A stretch of DNA of 63,278 nucleotides, the filler included, from Choristocarpus tenellus KU-1152 (Eukaryota; Protista; Phaeophyceae): NCBI GenBank assembly GCA_964200185.2. It is 6 parts of 6 records of this genome, joined end to end, with 100 filler letters (N's around TTAATTAATTAA, not from the genome) between each part and the next. Parts side by side here need not be neighbours in the genome. Positions count along the whole stretch, not along the records: positions 48,941 to 63,278 come from CAXNAD020001222.1; 5 more parts are not named here. The stretch is one strand, 5' to 3'. Below are positions 52,501-63,278 of the stretch, one piece after another. A program made the translations under genes and the position numbers. The notes under the pieces are model-generated. The model did not search any database. It saw only the letters and a program-made list of their open reading frames with translations, and had not been told where the DNA came from. Numbering within the stretch: the first letter of the stretch is position 1; every line of letters starts with the position of its first letter.

Positions 52501-55500
52501 AACAAGTATCGTGACAAGTATCGTGACAAGTATCGTGACAAGTATCGTGACAAGTACCATAACAAGTACCATAACAAGTACCATAACAAGTACAGTGACA
52601 AGTACCATGACAAGTACCATGACAAGTATTGCGACAAGTACAGTAACAAGTATCGTGACAAGTATCGTGACAAGTATCGTGACAAGTACCATAACAAGTA
52701 TCATAACAAGTACCGTGACAAGTACCGTAACAAGTCCATAACAAGTACAGTAACAAGTACCGTAACAAGTACAGTGACAAGTACCATGACAAGTACAGTA
52801 ACAAGTATCGTGACAAGTATCGTGACAAGTACCATAACAAGTACTGTAACAAGACATCACCATTGCTACTATTACAAATGACAGCAGTCTCAACACCAAT
52901 ACCATTCGTTCACCTGCAAGCATTTTCAAATTGTCTCAAGGATATATATAGGTTATAGGGTTAGGGTTTGTTGACAAAGAAAAGATACACGACCAAACTC
53001 CTTTTTTATATTTCATCAACCAGAAAATGACACATATGTCGCTTTCACAGTTTCACATCCTTTCAAGAGGTCATGTGGCAAAAAATAAATAGAAAAACAC
53101 CAAATTTGAAACACCACCTTCTCCCTCCTGTCGTGTCAATGCAGCAGGGTGCCTCTCTCTACCTAAAATATGGACAGGCGATTTTTCCCTTGTATGAGGT
53201 CAAAAAGGCGTATCACTCCCAGGAGACCAACCATATACCACATTCCTTTCTTTTTTTTGAGGTGCCTTCAAGTAACCCTGTATGCTGGGAGCAACCACAT
53301 AACTCCAGCATAATACTCATTTACCATCTCTTCCTGAGAAACAACTGCCAAGTCAAACCAAACCAAACCAAGTCAAGTCTAGTCAAACCAAACAGAACCA
53401 CTCTTTTCTCAGGTGGGACCTGCTCCTATGAGACCAAACTGACAGTGTGTGTACACATCAGTGTTCTTTTACATTTTTAGGGTTGGGGTTAGGGTTAGGG
53501 TTAGGGTTAGAAATAAAAAACAAATAAAAGAAAAAAAAAGTTAAAAAAAACGGAGAAGGATATTAACGTCGTCATGTACAGTAGTAGTTCCAACCAATCA
53601 AAAAGTCGAGTCAATCTTGAAGCAACAAACAGTTCGAAATGACCATCACTTTAACACTGCAATAACGCTAGCTGTTGGCTATATATAGGGGATTCATACA
53701 AGGGAAAATAGTAACCCCAACACCTCCAAGACCCCTGCCTTGTACCTGCCACAATAGCATTCAAACATTGCAGGACACCCCCACACAGCAATACTCCCTA
53801 ACCCTAACCCTAATCATACAGTAATACAGATACTACAACTAACAACAGTTCTACCAACATACAAACATGGTCAAATAAAGGGTATACGTACAGTACCTTA
53901 TTATTGTATACTTATTGCACTTCTCACCTCTAGGAAGGTCAGAACCAACAGCACAGCCACAATCGCACCAGAAAAAAAACTTGTAACACGCATCGCAGAC
54001 GCCAACACAGGTTTGGGAAACCTCTGCAAGTAAGCGTTTGCATGAACATAGCTACCCTCCATGCGGTCCTCAAATATATGTGGCAGCTGCTTGGGAATAG
54101 TTTCAAGGCGACACACAATGGATAGGGTTAGGGACCTTGGTGCCGGGCCACAACTTCCAACTCACCTCAAAAGGGTCAACAAGCACACCATTCCTATTTC
54201 ACAACAAAATACAAGCACTGAAAGAATGAGGTCTAACAATCCCCATCCTGTGCAACCCCAGTACTCAGTTCAAACCCCATACTCAGTTCAAACTCCGTAC
54301 TCAGTTCAAACCCCGTACTCAATTCAAACCCCATACTCAATTCAAACCCCATACTCAGTTCAAACCCCATACTCAGTTCAAACCCCATACTCAGTTCAAA
54401 CCCCATACTCAGTTCAAACCCCATACTCAGTTCAAACCCCATACTCCGTTCAAACCCCATACTCAGTTCAAACCCCATACTCAGTTCAAACCCCATACTC
54501 AGTTCAAACCCCATACTCAGTTCAAACCCCATACTCAGTTCAAACCCCATACTCCGTTCAAACCCCATACTCAGTTCAAACCCCATACTCCGTTCAAACC
54601 CCGTACTCAGCACTGTGCGCACATATGAGAGGGTTCTTGCAATACTGTACCAGGTAGAACTGTGTTCCTTACAAGTACGACGGTATGTCTTGCTGCACAC
54701 AAGAAGCATCCACTGGTCCAAGACTCTCTGGATCTTACGCAGAACTGTAATAGTAACTATCATATTAATGGTAACTATCGTATTAATAGTAACTATCATA
54801 TTAATGGTAAATATCACATTAATAGTAACTGTCCCATTGATAGTAAATATCATATTAATGGTAACTATCACATTAATAGTATCTGTCCCATTGATAGTAA
54901 CTATCATATTAATAGTAACTTATCATATTAATAGTAACTGTCCCATTAATAGTAACTATCACATTAATAGTAACTATCACAATAATAGTAACTATCATAT
55001 TAATAGTAACTGTCACAATAATAGTGACGCAAATCACTTTGGGGGGGTGGGTTTCTAGGGACCATAAAATAAAAAACATATCCAGGGAGTCAGGTTTAGG
55101 ACTAGGTCTAGCACAGTGAACATGGTACCAATAACATTAAACACTTCAGTGTAAATAGTACAAGGGCTTAGTGAGAGGATGGCATCTGAGACTGAAGCAG
55201 TCTGCAACACACCAGGGCTCTGTACAACAGGGAAGGTGGGGGGGGGGCAACTGTGGGCAGTAGACTCTAAAAGATACTGTATTGGCAGGCCTTGCAACCA
55301 GTTTACAGGTTAATTCCAGTGGATTCATCCTTTTGACAGGATCACACTACTACTCTGTTAATATAATCTAGAGTACACATAGTATTAAATTATATGTATA
55401 GTATTAAAATAAAATGATTTCAATCTTGCTCAACATTAGAAAATGATAATACCAACATATTTTAGAGGTAGAGAGAGGGTTAGGGTTAGGGTTAGAGGTA

Positions 55501-58500
55501 CACATCACAAAAAAAAAACTGCACAACTACCAATTAATTAATATTGCTTTGAAAAAATCACATCAGTTACTGCATGTCTGCAATTCGGACTCCCAACAAA
55601 TTGCCACAAAACCACTGCTACCATAACGCCTGCAATACCTCATTGAACTCCCGGAAAGTCCAACGTGCCAAAGGGCTCCATTCTCTAGGACCCAGGTAGT
55701 TCTGTAGTCCAGACAGATGACAACACAAGGGGATGTCAGGGAAGGGAGGGAGTGATTGTAAACTTGAGATATTTCACGCTATCATTGGGGATATACATCC
55801 ATGGATGGGCTGCTCTAGCCCCACCTCCACTACTCTGTTCACCAAATGCAGATAAGAGTAATTTGCTATTCACCTCTAACTACTGCAACAATGGTTTAGT
55901 TGTGTTCTCCTTTGAATTAATTAACTACCAACAAACATATCTTTTTGAATTAAATAATTACCAACAAAATCAACATTATTTTTGTCCATCATAAGGAACC
56001 ACTCTGCTATCACCAAAGCTCACCACAACAGTTGTCCAAAAAATCCCTTCCACCTCTATAACATGACTAAAACTTCAATGTGACTAAACCATTAATAACA
56101 CTCATTGCCTTTTGTACACCATACTATTCTGCAACACCTAAGAAACCATTCCTAATATCCTCAATATCCTTCATAAATTAAAAAAAAATGTGACACACAC
56201 ATGCTACATACACCACGTCCTCTCAAACCACCTCTTAATCTGTCAATGGTTCATAGAACAGTAGAGAGAAGGGTTTACCCTTGCCCCGACCGTAGCCTTA
56301 ACCCTACAGTACAGTACTATTATCAGTTACAAATATTATCAATAATAAATATATTCAAAAGTACAAAATTAATGAAAAGCGTTCAATAAACTAACACCAA
56401 CAGACTCATCCAGCCACCTAGAGCCCGTGGACTGACTTGGCACACCATCGCTCGTCTCTCAATTAGCACTTCTTTCCACCTTGCCTGCCTGCCTGCCTGC
56501 TTGCCTGCCTGCCTGCATTTTTACAAAGGTCAACTTAACTCATATCTGAGCGACCTACAACTCCATGCCCAATAAACAGACTGACCAAACAACCAAGAAC
56601 CGGAATCACAGCACCTCTCCAGAAAAAATCAACCTACCATACATTCACACAATCAACCCATTGGCTACAGCCAACAACCAGCCCACGATTCAAAGCAACC
56701 AAAAGCCATCATAACAACCAATCAGCCAAACCACCGCAAACTCTGAAACATGTACAACAAACATGAATACCATTCTAACACAGTCACACAGTCGTTGTAC
56801 AACATATTTATCTTTTTTTTATAAACTCGGATGTGTACGTTGACTCACTCCTTGCCAAGCCGCAACTATCCCTCACCTTGCTGGAGTGCCACTCCTGAGC
56901 ATTCTGAAGGAAGAAGTATATGAGCATGAATAGCAACAGAAAAGGCAGCAGTACCACATGCGCCATCCCCACCAGGAATAGTCTGACTTTGAGAGCACGG
57001 ACATCCTCCAAGAACATCCTTCGAACTGTGAACTAAGAAATGATGGGGTGTGGGGGGAGTGATGAGTCAAGGCATGGCAACAACAAGGATCAGGTAATGA
57101 CCAATGCATTTATGTAATGTATGTAATGTATGTAATGTATGTAATGTATGTAATGTATGTGATGTATGTGATGTATGTGATGTATGTGATGTATGTGATG
57201 TATGTAATGTATGTGATGTATGTAAATGTATGCAATGTATGCAATGTATGCAATGTATGTGCAGAGTATAAATGGCCCTGTACAGAGGCCCATCTCTTTG
57301 TGGGAGCCTGACTACAAATGTAACGATGAGAGTGATTCGATTCATGTAGTCCAGTGGTTGTCAAGGACGATCATTATTCATCCTCACAACTATACAACTA
57401 TACAACTATACAACTATACACAACCAAAGCAAGCAAGCAATCACTACAGGCTAAGTTACTTAGGAAGGTTTTACCACCAAACAAAAACGATATTGTGAGG
57501 ACATCTTCACTGTTTGACACATCCAGACCTTTTCGACAATTAAAAAAGGGTGCGGTGAGAGGCGGGAAGATGTTGGCGGCCAACAGGAGACCAAATAAAA
57601 GCACAAGACATTTGGGAAATAGTGACAGGGTAAGGATTGAAATCACCTCCTGTACCTCCAAACAATCAACACACACTATGCCTTCATGTCGGGAGTGTTG
57701 GTGTTGATAAAAAAAAATAAAAATAAAAAAAAATTCACTTCAAACAACTGGCAACACCCCTAATAGTGGAGAAGGTTTAGCAGGCTGAACAAGAAGGAGT
57801 CATCCAATGAAAAGGTAGCACAAAAATAAAAATAAAACGGATATAAATAGAACAACCAGTACCAGGACACGTCTCACAGGAAGAGAAAAAAAAATTCTAT
57901 CATCATAACATGAAATTTCCTCAATATGCCCAGGTTTCAATTTTTTTAGTTACCTAAGTATGGAAAATCTTGGTGAGGCACCTGCTCCTTTCACAACCCA
58001 ACTCATTAATATAATACATTCAACATCTATTAAAACACACACACATACACACACACAAATATATACATATATACCAACGCTCCACCTATTACAAGTAGTG
58101 TCATTGTGTTGTCATTGTGTTGTCATTGTGTTGTCATTGTGTTGTCAACAAGATCACATGGCACCTTTTGGTTAAACATGTGGTTGAGCACACAGAAGTG
58201 CACACTCCATTCCAAGCTCTTCGTCAAGAACTGTTGCCCAGTGCTGGCTCCCAGAGTTCCATGACCCCTTCTTCCCAGGAACGGTAGGGGCAAGGACAGC
58301 CTAAGTATGCCCTTGTTGAGCATGGCAATCAGGTAATTCTCCTTTCGCATGATACGGCTGCAAAAAAAATAAAGCCAAATAGATACGGTGCCATTATAAA
58401 ATAAAAAATAGAAGAGCAGGGCATGCAGGGCGCAACTACAAGGTAAGAGGGCAGTTTGCAACCTCTTGACCCAATTCGATCATCCCCAAACATCATCCCC

Positions 58501-59533
58501 AAACATCATCCCCAAACATTAAAACCTAATCAAAACCTAATCAAACCACACCAGGACGGAAGTGGAGTCAGTCAGTGTTATGTTATGTTCCGAAAGGCTA
58601 ATTCATTCCTCGTCTTTTTCCCCTTGAAAGGAGGCCGGGCTTGTGTATCCAATGCCCTCAATACAGCAACACACACATTCTCCGCAGCAGAGAAGTACAT
58701 TGCATCACAGTACACTGCATCACAGTGCAGCGCCCTATTAACAGGTGCTAATTAACAAGAGCACATTGCTTCCTTCACTACTGCACACTAGTGCACCTCT
58801 ACACCAGCACACACCCAATCGGTTTTGGGCTTCTTCTTCTCCCAACACCATCCCAAAAGTACCCTTTTGCCGCCTGTGAAACCCATCTTAAAGCTTGTCC
58901 TTCACCACAACACCCTGTTCAGTCCTAATCCTAACCATGACTCCAACCCTAACCCTGATCACACCTGGCAATATCATGTGCGGTGACATCGCCCGTTGTG
59001 TATATTGCCACACGGTACCGTCCCGTGTTCTGAAGTGCCAAAAATCGACGAACAACCTGAGAAAAAAAAAGGGGGGGGGGGGGAAAACCAACTCACCCCG
59101 ACCGAAACGACAANNNNNNNNNNCCCACAGCATAGCTCCGGTGTCTTAATCACCAACAACGCATAACACAACAGAAAAAAAAAAACGTGGGGGAGGGGAA
59201 GACCAATTCATCTCGACTGAATCGACAATCGACAATCGACAATCAACAATCAACAATCGTAGCGGTGGCCATCCCATCTCAACCCACCACACCTGAAGAT
59301 TGAATCCTGCTAGACACGGGCGCAAAATAATACACTACCCCACCCACCTACTCCTGCCGGTATTTCTGTTCCCACCTCGTTCCACTCTACAGAGTGAAGG
59401 TCCATGGCCGATATGCCAAGTCGGGTAGTGTAGAGGTGGTGCATGTCCATTGAATCTCTCAGAGTGGCCCAGAATGATAACAAGGACCACAGCCAATACA
59501 TGAGAAACAAAAACATGTATATCCTTTACGGGA

Positions 59534-59590
<57 letters not shown>

Positions 59591-62546
59591 GGAAGGATAT
59601 CAACATCAACATCATCACCATACAAGTGAAATGTGGGTAAGAGGGCAGCAGGAGGAGTTCGGACAGACGTGTGAACAGACCAGTTACTGCAATGCAGCAC
59701 ACCTCTGGGGTTGGGTGACTGAGCAACAAAGGGCGAGAGGACTTGAGGAACAGGGCTATTGTGGTGGGGATGGGATAGAGGTCAGCAGGGGGCAAAGGGG
59801 GACAGGTTTGCAGCTGGAGTAGGTGGGTGCTACGGGCGCAACATGAAAACACTTCAACGCAGGCATCCCTTTCTGGTTGGAGAGGAGGTAAAGAGTCAAC
59901 CCACACAATCATACACGCACTCCAGCTCACACCAAAGAAAGACAACATTGCGATGAGGTCTGTCACCGAAAAGAGGTTGGCTACTTCAAAGACTCCAAAG
60001 ACTACACTTGGGCACAAGACAAAGGATGGTGGGGAGCGGGGGGTGTATGATTAGTCTCTCATAACAAGTCCTGTCCACTCTCTCACAGCTTTGTGGCAGT
60101 TTTGAGTTTCACAAATCGTGACCATGGGACAGAGGAAAACGCACCATTAGTGTTCCCAGATTAAATTCACCACACCCATAGATAATAACCCTAACCCTAA
60201 TCCCTAAAGCAGCACATCTTTCCCCCGTCACAAGATATGCACAACTGTCTGGTGGAGGCAGGTACCCTTCACATCACTTGAGGTTCATTCCCAAAGCTTG
60301 GAGAAGTACAACTTGTTTACGTGAGCTATTGATACCGTGTGCAGTACTAGAGGCACAGTATGTCCACACACATCACATCCATCGCTTACCACACGAGACC
60401 ATGGAAAAGGTTGGGTCTGTGGAGGGCTCTGGTGGTTACGTATGTGGTCAGGGGTTGGCAGCTCTCCTCATCCCTGCAAGTCAATAGCGCACCCCAATCC
60501 ATAAACGAGAGGAGAAAAGTGGAGAAGAGGACCTTGCATCATGCCATACCCCATAGGCCATCGCCAACATAACCACCGTGAACCATTACCAACGCCCCCC
60601 AAGTGTTGGGAGGAAAGAACAACAACAGGAGTAACAGCAACAAGAGACGATTAAGCTTGTCGTAAGACTTGTTGCAACAAGGAATTGCAAGGCAGGCAGG
60701 CACAAGACCCTAATGAGATTGGGGTGGTTGAGGGGAGCTAGCTCAGTTGCCCTTGTTGCAGGATTAAGAAAGACTCATAGGAACAAAAATGTTTGAGAGT
60801 TAACATTGAGAAGATAAGGGGTTCAGGTGATGACTGAAAACAGGATGCAGGAGCAGGCAACCAGGGTCATTGTTGCAGTCAGCTGTTCTTGTCACTTGTG
60901 AAACACCTTCTTAACCAGGTAATATTATGAAGAGAGTTCCTATGTTGCTTTTCAAACCATAGCATCAAGCATGGACCAGGAATGTGCTATTTATACTAAA
61001 ACAGATCAGTAGTCCATATAAGTACCTTGCACCAAAAAAATGAAGTAACAAAAATTCGGTGTAAAACGAACTCCATCAACCCATTGCACTGATAAAAAAC
61101 AAATACCAAGCACTCTCTATTCAGCAATAAAGACATCAAAAATATATATGGGCCTCCTACAAGTGGTAGAGTTGTGGGGCACAAACCTACTACAAACATG
61201 ACCAATGACAAACAATCCTCCAAATCTAGTGCAATAAATCGAGCTTCTGATTCCACCTCACGCAACTACATCAGGATGTCAGTAAGATCTCACCGTGAAG
61301 GCAAGGATGACCAGATTGGCTATCCCACGAGAGACAATGGAGGGAATGCCTCGGCTGTGGTAGTATTTGTACATGTTGGAGAAGAATGTGTCCAGGTTCT
61401 GGACAGCACCCTGCACAGACATAAGATAGGTAGGTTAAGTGTTCTATACGTTAGCTTCAATGAGACTTTCAGCTTCGAGGAATGGGGAGAGGGGATTGTG
61501 GTATCCTTGACCTCACCAAGAGTGCGAAAGGTAGATGTACCCTGCATATGTTGGCGAGAGGGGTCATCTAGCCATACGAGCGACCAAAGCATTCCTACTT
61601 CTTAAGGAATTATGTAAAATCTAACCTCAAAAGGAAAATCCAAGGCTGTATCGTCACCATCCAGCCTCTTACGGCCAGGTGTTGCGTTCGATCTATATCT
61701 TTACCGATGCGCCGCTGCACACACCCCACCCTTAAACAGGACCGATTTCCACCAAGTTCGCTCCACGACTCTGATGTATTGTCATATTGATCAAGAAAGA
61801 TATCACCGTCTATGTAAATATGATGATCTGCACAGGACCTGCATGCACACAGAGATTGTGTGTTCCATGTTTCACCTTGAACATGGTCGCTTAAGCACCT
61901 GCACTTCAACTACATAATATCTACTGGTAACATTCAGCCAGAGAATTCAAGCACTTACTCACCCAGTCATCGGCCAGAAGTGGGTGCGTTACCTCACCTC
62001 CCCCCTCCCCTTCTCCCATCAGCAGTCCGAACTCTGTCGGACCCATCTCCTCAACTCCTTTCTCCCCTTGGAACATCCCGCGCCGACTGAACACAAGACC
62101 CAAACCAGTTGAGCCTCCCAGTCCACGGATAAGCCCAGGTATGTTTCCCCCGTTGCCTTCATCGGCCCTCCATTGTCCACCTATCGTGTTACCCCCTCCC
62201 TCTTCCCTCGTCTCTACAGTAGGTGGTCTTGCCGCATCCCCACGGACCCGTCCAGAACGTGGTTGGGTGGAGGGCTCCCCACGTGCCCTAGCCTCGAACT
62301 CTCGCTGGTGAGATCACAAGAGATTGGCCATACATTTTGGTTAGAGGAGGAAATGTTGGAATGGGGGGAGATCTCCAATTAAAACAGGACAACATCGGGG
62401 ATTCAAACTCAACAACCAAAAAAAATATCAAATTGGTCAAGGTCGCTGGCCAATAAACCCGTGTAGCAACCAGAAAGAATGCTCACCCGTTCGTGAGCCT
62501 GCATATCCCGGAGCTCCGCCCACACACCCTGGTCTTCATCTGCCAT
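49539..62546 (-). CDS. ATG9: Autophagy-related protein 9 (lipid scramblase), at least 13 exons, 3' end lost at a contig join
   Basis: Exons include 62546-62487, 62304-61963, 61410-61294 (GAVQNLDTFFSNMYKYYHSRG), 60532-60390, 59523-59376, and approximately 59056-58965 (AHDIA), 58357-58164 (RIMRKENYLIAMLNK), 57027-56877, 55703-55638 (REWSPLARWTFREFNE), 54087-53928 (LPHIF..YLQRFP), 51114-51030, 50298-50224 and 49652-49539 (HTHYMPVEWRG..LFQYKAQLFLE). Start codon uncertain (alternative upstream ATG at 62842). Confidence 0.93.
52160..52853. repeat. Minisatellite, 12-bp unit ACAAGTAYMRTR with some 11-bp variants, in an ATG9 intron
   Basis: Direct inspection; variant blocks recur in a higher-order pattern. 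Confidence 0.95.
53477..53510 (+). repeat. Interstitial telomere-type (TTAGGG)n tract
   Basis: TTAGGGTTGGGGTTAGGGTTAGGGTTAGGGTTAG. Confidence 0.85.
54253..54610. repeat. Minisatellite, 18-bp unit AAACCCCATACTCAGTTC, about 20 copies, ATG9 intron
   Basis: Direct inspection. Confidence 0.95.
54745..55027. repeat. Minisatellite, 18-bp AT-rich unit TAATAGTAACTATCAYAT, ATG9 intron
   Basis: Direct inspection. Confidence 0.9.
57110..57260. repeat. 9-bp tandem repeat TGTRATGTA, ATG9 intron
   Basis: Direct inspection. Other short arrays in the same gene: AAGTACAGYC at about 50860-50942, (GCCT)n at about 56480-56516, GTGTTGTCATT at about 58099-58147, (GA)n at about 59540-59587. Confidence 0.9.
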
Positions 62547-63278
62547 CTTCTTCGTACTCTGTGCAAATTGTTGGACAAACTCGAGTTGAGAGAGAGAAGT
62601 GTCAACAAAAAGTATCTCACCTTGAACAACGTAACACCCAACGTTATGAACACCAAAGTAGCAACCACTAAAAAACCAAAGAAAAAATACTCGGTCAAAT
62701 TTGACAACCCAAAACGTCCGTTGTTGTCAAGAGAACGCTCATAAATATACTGTTCATATTGAAATGTGGAAACGTCTTTCCCTCCCCAGAAAAACGCTAT
62801 ACTCACCTCCTCGTCCATTGTCCAAAACAACGGTGGGAACATTTCCTGTATAATAACATCTGTTCATCAGAACAAACAATGAGCAATAATGCCTAGGACA
62901 ATTTCCACCACAACGTCTACTACTGTCATTGGCAGCATTCAACTCTATTAGCTTCTCTCTGACGATACCCATTATCATTTTACACTTTTGACACATGTCA
63001 TTTGAAGGTCATGAATCCAATTGGATACATCTACTAAGTTGTATATATATGTGTGTGTGTACCACATAAAACACTGAAATCAAAACATGCAAGATCCCAC
63101 GGACTCGTAATTTTTTTGTAGTAAAATTTACAGATCAAATATTTCACTCCAGAATTTATTTGTTGGAGTACGATTTTACGTAGATAATAGATATGTGGAT
63201 GTATGTGAATCGTGTGATTCTGTGGCGGCGTGGTTCACTCAGGCAAGGGTGGTGAAGGGAATCACCGGGCAAGACGGA

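Noticed and set aside
52062-52929. Long Cys/Thr-rich ORFs (CYGT/CHDT repeats, up to 241 aa)
   Set aside because: By-product of a 12-bp minisatellite inside an ATG9 intron. Several frames are open at once and 11-bp units shift the frame.
54061-55058. ORFs with QTPYSV / MGFELS repeats
   Set aside because: Translation of 18-bp intronic minisatellites, with no coding support.

Overview
Eukaryotic, intron-rich and transposon-rich DNA, most likely from a brown alga or a close stramenopile relative (inferred from a brown-algal-type GDP-mannose dehydrogenase, a ciliary B9D2 gene and TTAGGG telomere-type repeats). The window is six contig pieces joined by artificial 100-nt N-TTAATTAATTAA-N linkers, so adjacency across those joins may not be real. 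Spliced genes reconstructed by hand from GT-AG boundaries: GDP-mannose/UDP-glucose 6-dehydrogenase (+, complete), RPS15A/uS8 (-, complete), ZNF622/REI1 (+, 3' truncated), CHMP3/VPS24 (-, complete), SURF1 (+, complete), B9D2 (-, 3' truncated) and ATG9 (-, 3' truncated). The most notable unannotated structure is a tandem cluster of box C/D snoRNAs of snoR1/snR48/U60 type (three intact copies, two decaying) in RPS15A intron 3. That gene sits head-to-head with the pre-60S factor REI1 and its introns carry several strong hairpins. Also present: three MITE families (one with GAG..CTC ends and variable 4-bp TSDs, Sola2-like), decayed Copia remnants, many minisatellites in ATG9 introns, and a 19-nt exon-antisense patch inside a CHMP3 intron. 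No CRISPR array or clearly new protein system was found.
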